Shown: in pieces, positions 1 through 12,179 of the stretch
How the letters are laid out: every line of letters starts with the position of its first letter
Numbering within the stretch: position 1 is the first letter of the stretch
NCBI RefSeq assembly: GCF_963921235.1
Contig: NC_086109.1
Coordinates: 27,220,001-27,284,000 of the forward strand
Origin: Mobula hypostoma
Taxonomy: Eukaryota
DNA length: 64,000 bases
Direction of reading: 5' to 3'
Program-made: the position numbers and the translations under genes
Notes under the pieces: generated by a model
The model's database searches: none
Told to the model about the DNA's origin: nothing
Seen by the model: the letters and a program-made list of their open reading frames with translations, nothing else

Positions 1-1161
1 TTTCATATTGACAATATTCTTGCGGACCGGCCGACCGGGGGTGGGGGTGGGGGTAGGGGTGCCAACAGACAAGAGTAGCAGTCAAATACGTTGTGTTTAC
101 CCCAGAAAGACTACAATGATCATGAAGCCTTGCTCGGGCACCAGTGCCCATGCGTGCACATGCTGCTTTTTTCCTACAAATCGTTTTTGATGATTCTGTT
201 CTGGGGGGTGGGGTGGGGGGTTGTTAATCACAACCAGAATATAGGTGATAAGTGGCTAATACACTCAATTTCGTTTCTGAAAGGGTTTATCTGACGAATT
301 TAATATTTAACACACAGCACATATTTTCCTCGCATGAATATAGTGATAAGTCAATTACCAGGGAGGACAGGGGAGCTTGAAGTAAGTGTTGAATGAACTT
401 GCAGTAGAAGTGGTAAAGGCCGGTTCGATATTATCATTTAACAAAAAATTGGATAGGTATATGGACAGGAAAGGAATGTAGGGTTATGGGCTGAGTGCAG
501 GTCGGTGGGACGAGGTGAGAGTAGCATTCGGCACAGACTAGAAGGGCAGAGATGGCCTGTTTCCGTGCTGTAATTGTTATATGGTTATATAAGTAAGTCA
601 ATAGCATCATAACATTTTAAGTAACGTTTGGATATTAAACACACAGCACATATTTTCCCCGTATGAACATATAAAATTATTGCAACACATTAATATCGCT
701 GAATCAGTGGGAGCCCTGGGCTTGTTTCCCTGCAACAAGACGGTCCCATCGAGGGGTGATGGGAGACAGCGATACTCGAAGGGGGTTCCTTATGTCCAAT
801 CTATTCTGCAATTTAGTTTTCGTTGCATTCATTGCAGAGATATGTTGAAAACGGAAGCAACGTTTTCAGTGCTTTCGTGGCTATCTCAGGATATTTAGCC
901 TTGACTTTGATCCAGAATTCCGGCGGCGATGTTATGTCAAACATACTTTTTATCCCGCCGTTATTTGCAAGCTCGAGGAGTTGATCTTCTTCCTGCGCTG
1001 ACATGGATGACGCACGGGTAATGACCTCATGTGCGTTCAAGCTCAACAGTGGGCTTGACAGGGAATGAGGAAAGGTGCAGCTGACTCATATCACCAAATC
1101 ATATCGTTTCCTCACGGCCCGGTAGCACATGCTCTGCGGCCCGGTGGTTGGGGAACCGCTG
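1..1161 (-). mobile_element. Non-autonomous hAT (Charlie/Buster-like) DNA transposon, internally deleted; other end lies left of the window
   Basis: ORF 813-1046(-) encodes PPEFWIKVKAKYPEIATKALKTLLPFSTYLC, a hAT C-terminal dimerisation motif. Terminus GGTTGGGGAACCGCTG at 1146-1161 reads CAGCGGTTCCCCAACC on the minus strand, a Charlie-type TIR. Confidence 0.8.
385..593 (+). mobile_element. CR1 LINE 3' end nested in the hAT element
   Basis: FNKKLDRYMDRKGM-like ORF2 end and 3' UTR GGCCTGTTTCCGTGCTGT. TAAGTCAAT flanks the block at 347-355 and 594-602. Confidence 0.7.
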
Positions 1162-1224
1162 ATCTAGGCCATTTGATCCTGTCTTTGCTTCACAAATGGA
1201 TTGGGGTAGCCAAAGAGGAACTCA

Positions 1225-1660
1225 CTAGGTCTGTTGTTTGGTGCTGAGGTGACACAAGTGCGGAGAGATCTTTGGCTCTGTGGGGTGTTTCCTGGCTGGA
1301 ATTCTCCTTCGTCTCACTAAGTCTGTGCAGTGCACTTGGGTCACCATTGATCCACATCTAGACTTGCTCTGGTGTATCTTGAGCCCTCTGATGTTTTTGC
1401 AGACTTTCCCGCAATGACACCTCACCCTGAATTCCTTTCTGGTCAGTGTTGTTTGCTTTAGCTTCCTCGTAGTCGTGTTTCCTGTCCTGGCTGCTGCCGG
1501 TATGACCGTCCTGTTGAGTCTCTCATCCTCCCCCGCCTCTCAGGAGACTCTGGGGGTGTTGCTCTTCATGTTCAGTTGTAGCTTGAGTGGTGCCCTCTTG
1601 TGAGTGCTGTCCACAAGGTTGCTAGCCTTGTGAGCCCATGCCAGTCTTTCCTGGATTTAA
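1225..1660 (-). mobile_element. 5' fragment of a HERO-like (R2-group) non-LTR retrotransposon
   Basis: N-terminal zinc finger CHCGKVCKNIRGLKIHQSKSRC, followed after a frameshift by an ETKENSSQETPHRA-like segment, as recalled for fish HERO ORFs. Confidence 0.65.
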
Positions 1661-2799
1661 TCTAACTTTTTTTCATTGATGTCATGAAAATTAAACTGCA
1701 AACACACTTGTGATATAGAAAATAATTTTAAAATTGATCCATAATGTCTTTGAGAATTTTTCAATCACTCACTTGAGAGCAATTCTTGGGTTATTTTGAA
1801 TTCCAGAAATCATATGATATAACTGGAATCTAAACACTCTTGCAATCCACAGTAATAACACTGAATAAAAAAATGAGTCACATAAAGGAAATTGAGTTTA
1901 ATAACTGATATGCGTAATCGTGAAGATGATGATCAAAGATGCTTTTCAAAATGGAGCTTCTGGATGGATTATTTTTCAAAATAATTATTCAAAGATAAAA
2001 AAATCCTTAATGTGTATTTTGTGTGTAGGCATTAGTATTTCCCTCTGGGTATTCTTATAATTTTCATATTTTTACTGATAGGGTGATTTTAACATTCCCA
2101 AATTGGAGTGTGTAACAGTCAGCAAAATTTTAGCTGCTGGACTTCACTATAAGGTGCCTTTCAGCATCTTGGAAGTTTCTGGAGAAAAACAGCATCTGGT
2201 TTATGGAGCTGGATATTAGCTGAGAAGACTGAGTAATGAGACAAACCTGGGAGGCACGCTGTTGTGAAGGATCCATGGTTGGAAAGAGATGGGAACCATG
2301 GGTTGGACAGGTCCAAATCATCCTTGTGGAGAAAGCTGTACACTGGACTCCACTAAGGATTCTTTTAAATCAAAGGAGAGAAGCTTTGTGAATTCTCGAT
2401 AACTTCAGCAGGAGGAATGTTCCAATAAGTGAGTTAAAATTTCATTTGGGCCCAACATATGCTTCAAACCTTGACCTATGTAAGGTTTAGATGAAGCTTC
2501 ATTTCCCACTTCAAGCAGTAGAGTTAAACTGCTCAGCACTAACCATGTGGGGAAATACGGCCACTCCTGTTCAACGGCGACTCACTGTTTCCCATTAACT
2601 GGAAAAGACTTTGAGTCATTAGTCAAAAGCTGAAGCTTAGCTTTGGTTTTAGTTTTCATTAGTGATTGAACAAAATATGTAATGCATGTGAGGAACGTCC
2701 TTTGTCTGGAGTTGATTTCAATGAATATAGATAGTAGAGACACTACAATTAGCTACAGTGCCCAGAGCATGGGACAACAGATAATTGTTGTAAAATATT

Positions 2800-3700
2800 G
2801 ATGATTCCCCATGGAATATTTGGGAATTTTACGTCTCTTAATAATAGAATTTCATTGTTTCTTGCTGCCTTCCTAATTGCTTTTTATGTGTTCCGCATTG
2901 ACCTCTTTGTATTCTCTGTCACATATTTCTATACAGGAAGCAGACACCTCTTCCCTTTTCCCTTTATTCTTCTATGGAGTTTTCCTTGTTTATCTGCAGA
3001 ATGCATTACCTAACTTCCCTATGTTCTGCTCTCAAAACCCAAACTTTCTTCATCACTCTTTTCTCCTTCTCAATTAAAACCATGAAGAACTTTATTGCAA
3101 TTTTTATTGCTCAAATGGCTCTTATTTTTTTATTTCTCACATTGCTCAGAGTTGTTTTACTAGTTCTGCAGGAAATCTTTCCATGGCAGCTTTCATTCAT
3201 TTTGGATTAAGGACAAGTAATCCCATAAGAAATTCTACTTCCTAATCTTTGTTATCCATCTCTTTCTCCCCAAATTACGAGGGAGGTTTGATATTCCTTG
3301 TGATTCATTTTTGTATGCTTTATGCTCCTTTGCCTGAATTTTTTACTTACTTCTTGCCCACCTTCCTTCCAGTATTAGGTGGTCTGTAGATTACCTCTAT
3401 TAGTATGATTGATTTTTTAAATTTCCCTTGTCTCTGTCCATGCAGCTTCATTTCTGTCTTACTGATTGCCGTGTCACGTTGTACGACTGCCATTATGTTA
3501 TCTCCATCGTGCAGCAACGCTGCCTTACTCCTTTCCTTTTCTATCTTCTCTGAATATATTTAGATGCCTAATTACGTGCACTGATCTTTTTCCTGTAGCC
3601 TCATCTCAGAAATCCCAGCTATAACTGGATTGTCTATTGCATATTACCTTTAGATCCCACTTTATTACACTCTGCCTCGCTGTACAGAGTTTAATTTATT
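2800..3700 (-). mobile_element. Highly degraded CR1-like ORF2 (endonuclease/linker) remnant
   Basis: Minus-strand reading KAIRKAARNNEILLLRDVK resembles the CR1 linker; many stops and frameshifts. Confidence 0.4.
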
Positions 3701-4169
3701 TTGAATTGCCTCACTTTAATTTAACCATGTTCACACTCATTCCTTAGCTATTTGTACTCTTGTTGATCTATCTGCTGGCTGAACTAGTCCATCTATTTTC
3801 TTACCTCCTTCCTTCCATCAGCATATTAAGTCTCACTCTGGATCACTTTGTGAAGCTCCTTCCTGTCAAAATACCAGTGTTTAGTTATGAAAAATAGTCC
3901 CTTTGCTATATATTGATTTGCTGATATGCCAAGTTACATCTGAGTCTGTCAATAATTTAAGGACTCTTAATTTTTAAGTCTTGTTTTATTATTTAGATCC
4001 TGATAACTTGTGTTATTAGGTCATTGAAATGACTTGTAAAACTTCAATTCTCTCTCCAACTATATTTCCTTAATGTCATTATATAACTTTTTATATTACA
4101 TAATATTATGAAGTACCACAATCACATATATTACCATTCTATTATGATACTATATAATATCATTGGCTA

Positions 4170-4312
4170 TTTTTGATTTTTTGGTCATGCAAGTCATGTG
4201 TAATTTATGCTTATTATGTTTGTAATGTACTCTGCTGCTGCTACAAAAAAAAATGATAATTTTCATGGCATTTACACCCTGAGTGCTCATGATAATAAAC
4301 TTGAACTTGATT
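4170..4312 (+). repeat. LINE-type 3' UTR/tail fragment
   Basis: Ends AATAAACTTGAACTTGA, the same tail style as other LINE tails in the window. Confidence 0.45.
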
Positions 4313-4459
4313 AGCTCCTCTGTTTCTAAATTAATTTCATCCTTTGTCAATGACAACTGTAATTATCTCTTACCGTTCATAATTCCTTTCAAGCTGCCTC
4401 AAAATTTCCTTTCACTGGCTTCCAGTAACCAACACTCCTTTGCCTATGGCTCCCAAGGA

Positions 4460-5625
4460 TATTTTTTGAGGATGTGACCAAACACATTGATGAAGGTAGA
4501 GCAGTAGATGTAGTGTATATGGATTTCAGCAAGGCATTTGATAAGGTACCCCATGCAAGGCTTATTGAGAAAGTAAGGAGGTATGGGATCCAAGGGGACA
4601 TTGCTTTGTGGATCCAGAACTGGCTTGCCCACAGAAGATAAAGAGTGGTTGTAGACGGGTCATATTCTGCATGGAGGTCGGTGACCAGTGGTGTGCCTCA
4701 GGGATCTATTCTGGGACCCCTACTCTTCATGATTTTTATAAATGATCTGAATGAGGAAGTGGAGGGATGGGTTAGTAAGTTTGCTGATGACAGAAAGGTT
4801 GGGGGTGTTGTGGATAGTGTGGAGGGCTGTCAGAGTTATAGCAGGACATTGGCAGGATACAAAATTGGGCTGAGAAGTGGCAGATGGAGTTCAACCCAGA
4901 TAAGTGTGAGGTGGTTCATTTAGGTAGGTCAAATATAATGGCAGAATATAGTATTAATGGTAAGATTCTTGGCAGTGTGGAGGATCAGAGGGATCTTGTG
5001 ATTAAGAAAGCAAACAGTGCACTGGCCTTCATCAATTGTAGGACTGAGTTTAGGAGCTGACAGGTAATGTTGCAGCAAAATAGGGCCCTGGACAGACCCC
5101 ATTTGGAGTACTGAGCTCAGTTCTGGTCGCCTCACTACAGGAAGGATATGGAAACCATAGAAAGGGTGCAGAGGAGATTTACAAGGGTGTTGCCTGGATT
5201 GGGGAACATGCATTATAAGAATAGGTTGAGTGAACTCGGCCTTTTTTCCTTGGAGCGACGAAGGATGAGAGTTGTATAAGATGATGAGAGGCATTGATTG
5301 TGTGGATAGTCAGAGGCTTTTTCCCAGGGCTGGAATGGCTAGCAAGAGAGGGCACTGTTTTAAGGTGCTTGGAAGTAGGTACAGGGGAGATGTCAGGGGT
5401 AAGTTTTTTTATACAGAGTGTAGTGAGTATGTGGAATGGGCTGCCAGCAACTGTGGTGGAGGCGGATACGAAAGGGTCTTTTAAGGGACTCCTGGACAGG
5501 TACATGGTTCTCTGAAAAATAGAAGGCTATGGGTAACCCTAGGTAATTTTTAAAGTAAGGACATGTTCAGCACAGCTCTGTGGGCCAAAGGGCCTGTATT
5601 GTGCTATAAGCTTTCTATGTTTCTA
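4460..5625 (+). mobile_element. 5'-truncated CR1 LINE (RT to 3' UTR), decayed
   Basis: VDVVYMDFSKAFDKVPH, SGVPQGSILGPLLF, SKFADD, VVSMWNGLP motifs; tail TTTCTATGTTTCTA. Confidence 0.92.
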
Positions 5626-6124
5626 CAGAAATGGCGATGAATAAATGGTAAATGAACCTGAGACAACTTCCTCCCTGTTGAAGTGCAGTGAGATGTTAGA
5701 GTTTTCAAAAAAGCACAGCGAGGACTGATGAAGTTAAAAAAAAAGCAGTGTAGCACATGCTTCTTTCGAATGGACAGACACGATCGAGTTTAGAAACAAG
5801 TCAGAAAACGAACAAGTTCACGGTTCATAAACCATGAGTACAGGATGATAATAATCATAAATTTAAAAAAAACAGAAATGGTTGGCTACATTGGAAAAAT
5901 AGATGTGTTCAATTGCACAAGAGATAACTGGGTAGTATATATTGAGCAATTTGAGCATAATTTTGAAGGAAATGAAATAGCCAATAAGAAGTGAGTGCCA
6001 ATTTTGCTGAGTGCATTGGATTTAAAGGCATACAGTTTGCTTAAATGTCTAAATGCTCCAACCAAACCAGCTGAATTTGTCTTTGCTGATATTGTGAAAG
6101 TAATGCAGGAGCATATAGAAGCAA

Positions 6125-6322
6125 AATATTGCTGTCGTTCACTTCAATTTTTTGCATTATGTGTGTTTTTTCTCTTTCTCCTGTGCATTGGTGTTGGTTT
6201 TTAATTTTTTTTCTTTAATTGAGTTCTTTTGAGTTTCTTGCTTTGTGGCTACTTGTAAGCAAACAAATCTCAAGGTTGTGTAATTTATACATTCTTTGAT
6301 AAAAAAAATGTACTTTGAATCT
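6125..6322 (+). repeat. LINE (Rex1/L2-type) 3' tail inserted in gag
   Basis: AATCTCAAGGTTGT...TACTTTGAATCT tail shared with 17100-17345, 42800-43020 and 50480-50765; gag reading resumes (KPLLIAEHF) after it. Confidence 0.65.
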
Positions 6323-6350
6323 AAACCATTATTGATTGCAGAACACTTTA

Positions 6351-6945
6351 TGAGGGGTGATTGATAAATTTGTGGTCTAAGGTGGAAGGAGTCAATTTTA
6401 AAAACCTAGCTCATTTATTTTTCAACATAGTTCCCTCCTACATTTACACACTTAGTCCAGCGGTCTTGGAGCATACAGATCTTGGACCTCCAGAAAGTGT
6501 CCACAGAAGGGGTGAATGATAAGTTCGTGGCCTAAGGTAGAAGGAGGTAAGTTATACAGCTCTTACTACATACACATGCAGTTCAACTCTTTGAGAGATT
6601 ATGCAGAAAGTTTGAAGTTAATAACTTATCAGGGGTGATTGATAAGTTTGTGGCCTAAGGTAGAAGGCGATTGGTTAATAACTTCAAACTTTCTGCATAA
6701 TCACTCAAAGCGTTGAACTGCAGGTGCATGTAACGAGAGCTGTGTTACCTCCTTCTACCTTAGGCCACAAACTTATCAATCACTCCTGCTGTGGACACTT
6801 TCTGGAGGTACCAGATCCATACGCTCCACAACTGCAGGACTAAGTGTGTAAGTGTAGGAGGGGACTATGTTGAAAAATAAATGTGCTAGGTTTTATGAAA
6901 TTGACTTTTTCTACCTTAGGCCACGAACTTATTAATCACCACTCG
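6351..6945. mobile_element. Palindromic mariner-derived MITE
   Basis: TA TSD; TIR GAGGGGTGATTGATAAATTTGTGG / CCACGAACTTATTAATCACCACTCG; both arms carry the mariner C-terminus (TKCVSVGGDYVEK* at ~6840-6879). Confidence 0.88.
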
Positions 6946-7924
6946 TATGCCTCATAAGTGGAATCAAAAGGAAGGGCAGTCTATTTTGGCTTAAGTGGCT
7001 GAATTGAGCAAATTGTTCAAGCATTGTCAGTTCAGTAATGGGCTTAATGATGCATTGCAAGATTATTTAGTTTGTGGAATTTTACAATAAAGCATTCAAA
7101 AATGCCTCCTAACTGAAGCACAACTTACAGTTAAAAGAACAATTGAAATTGCTGTATCAATGGAAACAGTGGATAGAGACACAATTGAGTTTCAGTCAAG
7201 AATGTCAGTGAGCATGAAGAAAGATACAAATCCTGAACAGAAATGAGCCTGGCTGAACAAATGATATTACCCTTATGGAAGGGCTCTTATATACCAAACA
7301 AATGCAGATTTAAAGGCAAAACTTGCAGAAAATGCAACAAAGCAGGACACATACGAACAGCATGTCAGGCTGACAAAAATAAATATATTGCACAGGGAAG
7401 AGAAAAAGAAAACTTAAGTTGCAATTTCAAAAAGAGCATTAAGCTGCATGTTGTTGGTGAAAAATCTGATAATGATGTGAGTGACACAGGATTGGGTAGC
7501 CTTGAGATTTATAATGTCAAAACTGATAGGGGACAAGGAATATGGTTTACACTAGAAGTGAACCGCAAATTAATTAAAATGGAACTGGAACACCAGCTCG
7601 AATGTTTGAGTCATTTCACAAAATAAGTTTGAATGGCATTTCAAAGGTACTAAACTGAAGCCTGCAGTTAACCAGCTAAGAACTTACATTGGAGAAAAGA
7701 TCATTCATGTGGGAATGACATTCATAACACTGAAATGAAACAACCAACAATCTACATTGGGCTTGTATGTGGTAAACACAGGATGGCTAGCATTGTGGAG
7801 GTATGTGTAGCTGAGAAAACGACAATTTGATTGGAGATCCATCAACCATTTGTCTACCACATCCCCTGTAATAGAGTGAACTGAAAGTGAATCAAGATAG
7901 GTACTGGATGACGACACAACTGTC

Positions 7925-8880
7925 ACCACACTGTATGCCATGAACCATTGCCCAACAGAGGGCAAACCTCTGTGCCTCTGGTTAAAAATCATATTGAACC
8001 AAGGAAGAAACAGGCTGCTCAAAGGAATTGTGGAAGTGACAAAAGCAGTGATTCGACTACAACAATTTTTGTAGGCGACGTATCTGAGAAAGCTTCTGAT
8101 ATTTTAATCAGGCAGTTACATGCAAAAGCTGGCTTGGTTTAAACTGGAAGAGAGTTCAAAGGAAAGTTGCAGGCATTCGGCTTTTGTGAGCATAAAGAGC
8201 CAGAATCTACTCTGTGTGCTTTAAGGTTATTGCATGAACTTCAAGTGGGAGACAAAAAGCTGCTTGTAAAAGTAGATGCAAAGACCAAAATCCGGCTGGA
8301 TGAATGGAAGACCAAAAAGAAAGGAGTAAATGGAGGTATGAAACAGACGATTCGTCAGATGATGTTTTGGATGAGGAAGCTAAAAGAAGAGATTGGATCA
8401 TATAGGGAGCAGTAGAAGGATTAATAAGAAAGTACTCCAGTGAATTAAATGCATCTTTCCAAGATCAAGATGTACAAACTAGAAAGATGAAAAAGGCAAA
8501 AAGGAGGATGACATAACTACTGTGGAAATGGAAGAGGATTAACAAGACCTAATTTCTTGAAAAATTCGCAAATTCAGAGATACTCACAAGAAACTAGAAG
8601 AAAAAGAAAGACGAGAAGTTTAAAAGGAGAGAAGAGATAGAAAGATCATGAGCGTGAAAGTGAAAGGCATGAAAGAGAGAAGGACCGTGAGAAAGAAAAA
8701 GAGTGAGAACGAGAATCTGAGTGGGATTGAAACCATAAGTGAGACTGTGATAAAGATTGAGAGAGAACCAAGGAGAAGGAAAGAATGCAACTGAGAAAAG
8801 GATCGACAGCGGGATAAAGCAAGAGAAAAAAACTGGGACCCGGAAAGAAGGAATGATCGAAGTAGATACAGAGAGGAAAG
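7925..8880 (+). pseudogene. RBM25: Processed RBM25 fragment (RRM plus RE/RD-rich region) inside the LTR element
   Basis: TTTIFVGDVSEKASDILIRQL..., LQAFGFCEHKEPESTLCALRLLHELQVGDKKLLVKVDAKTK.LDEWK, YSSELNA, KFRDTHKKLEE, then ER-rich tract. Contiguous with no introns; stops and frameshifts present. Confidence 0.93.
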
Positions 8881-9232
8881 GAGAAGAAAGGTGTTCAAAG
8901 CTGTGAGAACCACTTCTTGCAGTCTCAGAGTCAACTCCTACAAGCACAACAGAGAAGGCCCTAGAACCTGAGATTGTTTCACAATCCCAGAAACTGAAAT
9001 TATTTCACAGCCATAAGTCCCACCTGCCAAGCAGAGTGATTGTCCTTTCCAGGAAAGAAGTTATCCTACAAGATTAAGAAAGCATCCACAGGGATTAAAT
9101 CTTTAGGCCTGAATGGGGCAATTTACAATTTACTATGTTCTGGATATCTATATAGTATACTATGTATGCATATGTATATAAGTTGAGAAGCATTCTGCAT
9201 TGAGTTGAAGTTTATACCTAAGCAGGGAAGAG

Positions 9233-9480
9233 TGTTGTGTATTTAATATTTCAGTAATACTTGACTAATACTGTAAATATAGTGTTTGATAAAGCATTCT
9301 TTGATGTTTACATAATACATCGTGTGCTTTATGTAAAAGTATGTAAATGGCATACATCATCATGCCACTACATTAAATGTACATGTCTTGCTTAAAGTAA
9401 AATCAAAGTCAGACTCGCAGTCACAGCTCCCTTCTTTTCCTTTCAAATAGCTTAATGTTTTGTAATTATAGAACATAAAA
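9233..9480 (+). repeat. 3' LTR of the RBM25-carrying element
   Basis: Starts TGTTGTG directly after the polypurine tract; right end approximate. Confidence 0.65.
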
Positions 9481-11199
9481 CTAACTATAGCATATAAACA
9501 AAGCTATACAGATATTGTATTTGTGTATGTTTTTATTTTCATTCTCTTCCTTAAATAATATTAAGAAATATTTTTCAGGATCATTCTTTTGTATCATAAG
9601 CACACTAACAATTCAAAGTGGAAATTCGATTTAACTCATCACGTTATTCTTTTTAACATGTCAAGTTGCATTACTAGTGATTTCTATAGGACATGTAATG
9701 GATATTTAATTGAGGTGCATTAGGATAACAATATGGTAGCTTTTCATCTTCATTTCAAAGCTCTTTACAGGCACATTGAATTTGGTTTAAAAATTATTAG
9801 GTCTAATAACTAATGGATGCAACATCAAATGTCCAGCTGAAGAACTTGGGTGTGATTGTTTAATTGTAGAATGGAATTCAATTGCATATCATTATTTTAG
9901 ATACCAGATGAAAGGCATGTGTACTTTCATTTTAAATTCATGAACATCTATAAAGTTTCCTTTCAAGTTTGATAAAATAAATTGTAAGATGAAAAAAGAG
10001 TTCAGTGTTAAGGCTCATGTAACTGTTTGTCAAAAACATTTTATAACTTATTTCCAACTACTATATAGCAAAGTAAAATTATACAGTTATGTCATTACTG
10101 TAAATGTAATTACACGTACCAGCGATTTTATATTTTTCAACTTGCTGCTGATCCACATACTGAACAATGTTTTTAAGTCTATCTTGAATTTACTGGTAAT
10201 CTGCTTTTAAATGCTGACTGCAGTATACACAGGAACTGAGGGAAATGCCATGAACACTTGGACTTAACAGTTTACCTCTTTGAAACACTTCTGAAGCCCC
10301 CTATCGTATTTACTTCAGTGATCTTCACTGTAAACATGTTCTATTTGCTTATAGTATGAGTTCTGTATGAAATCCTAATGACAATTGTTCATTTATGCCT
10401 TTGTTAGCATATTTAGTTCATATGAAGCAACACAATCAATCCCCCAATGATTTTGAATTTTTATAAGGTCATCTCAAAGTTACATTTTGCTTAATATTGC
10501 TATGCCTTAACCTTCGCATTTCTTTTACATCTCTATTATTTTCCTTTGTTATGTTGCTATCTCATTTATCTCGGACAAGCAAGGTGTCCGTCAAAAGAAG
10601 ATCAACAATAAATTAGCATATTTCTCTATTTCAGCCACTCCCCAACAGTAAAAAATCTCAATGACTTATTCATCCCTGGGCTAGGGAAATTTCTGCTTTT
10701 TAACCACTGGCCAACTCACAGTAAACATTACACAACCCTCTGCCATCTTCAGTCATTATCGTTTCAAAGTTCTCATCATCCTCCTCCTGAGACCGATGTT
10801 TTGTAAACAATAACTAAACCTTAGTTCAAGGAGGCCAATTCCTGAACTGTCCAATATCTGCGACTTTCACTAGTCTCCTTCTTTTACTGCAACAAAGTCA
10901 AAATCCATTCTTCATCTCCCAAATCATCGAAATTTGTTGCTAACATATCTTTTTTTTTAGCTTAATGCATTTGACTTCAGCCTCCTGCATCCTGAGCTTC
11001 AACAATCAAACCTTAAATTGTCTTCCCATTCTCTTCATATTGTATATCCTTCAATATGCTCTGCTTCATGATACCCATATCACCTTCCGGGGCTACTAAA
11101 TATAAAATGGAACATCTATGAAACACTTGCTAAATGCAGTACATACTGTAAACTCTAATTATATCTTCCTCTCACTCGATGTTCCCCAAAACCCCAACC

Positions 11200-12055
11200 C
11201 TCCCTTCTCCTGTGACACCACCAATTCTCTTCCTCCCTCTGATCCCAGCTCTAATCCCTGGGATTTCCATTCCCCCAACCCCCATCATTCCCCTCCCTGA
11301 GGCGGAATGTTCTGTAGTCAGCAAGGGCCTTACTTTTTGTCCCTCTTTGCCTACACCTCAGTGAGTTCCGCACTTGCCTCGGTGCTGAACTCTTCTTCCA
11401 TCAGCTCTCTCTGAGTCCACTTCTTTGGCAAGAATTCCACACCTCACACTGATGACCTCTTTCTCCTGACTCCAACCCTCCCCTTCCTCTTGGACATCCT
11501 GCTCTGGTTCTCTGCCTGTTCAGAATATTTACATCACTAACTGCCGGAGATATCAACCGGCTCAACTTCAGCGCTCCTCCTTCCACTTTGAACCTTACCC
11601 CCTCTGAAAACACCGCCCTCCACTCTCTCCACACTAACCCCAATCTTACCCACAAACCCACAGACAAAGAGCATGCTGTTCCAGTGTGCCAGACCTCTAC
11701 CTTGCTGAGGCCAGGCGGCAGCTCTTAGACCCTTTTACTTACCTCTTTAAAAAGACCCCACTCAGGATCATCAGCACATTGTCTCTGACAACATCACCAA
11801 ACTCTTCCACACTAGAGATCTCCCATCCAGAGCCACCACATTGATAGTTCCCCTACCCCGCACTGTTTGTTTCTCTCTCCTAACCAAATATCCACAATCC
11901 TAACTGTCTGGGTAGGGCCCATTGTTTCCGCTTGCCCCTGCCCCTCTGAACTTGTGTTTGCATACCTTGACTCCATTTTACCCCTTTGGTTCAGTTCCTT
12001 TCCACCTATGTACATTGGCAACACATCACACGCTCTCAATCTCCTCAATGATCTC
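11200..12055 (+). mobile_element. Penelope-like element RT N-terminal region, decayed
   Basis: LPEAECSVVSKGLTFCP, NLTPSENTALHSLHTNPNLTHKPTDK and PIVSAC motifs; C-rich strand like the other PLE pieces. Confidence 0.75.
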
Positions 12056-12179
12056 TGCTCACCTAAATGTTTTCAAGAATGACTTCCAATTGCAGGCAAC
12101 TCAAGACACTGGAACGATACCACCAATGTTACCTTTGCAAGATCTTCCAAGTTCATTGCGAGGATCAGTGAAACAATAT

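Larger units (their letters stand above)
5626..9480 (+). mobile_element. Non-autonomous Gypsy (K02A2.6/Mag-like) LTR retrotransposon: PBS, gag, protease, captured RBM25 cDNA, pol C-tail, PPT, 3' LTR
   Basis: PBS-like TGGCGATGA at 5632; gag MVGYIGKIDVFNCTRDNWVVYIEQFE from 5878; Zn knuckle CRKCNKAGHIRTAC; protease VNRKLIKMELE; pol end ERSYPTRLRKHPQGLNL* near 9050-9108; PPT AAGCAGGGAAGAG then TG at 9233. Confidence 0.85.

Noticed and set aside
2130..2435. Possible exon
   Set aside because: Stops in all plus frames; minus ORFs show no recognisable homology.
7948..8415. Functional RBM25 gene
   Set aside because: In-frame stops and frameshifts, no introns, no PWI domain, embedded in a retroelement.
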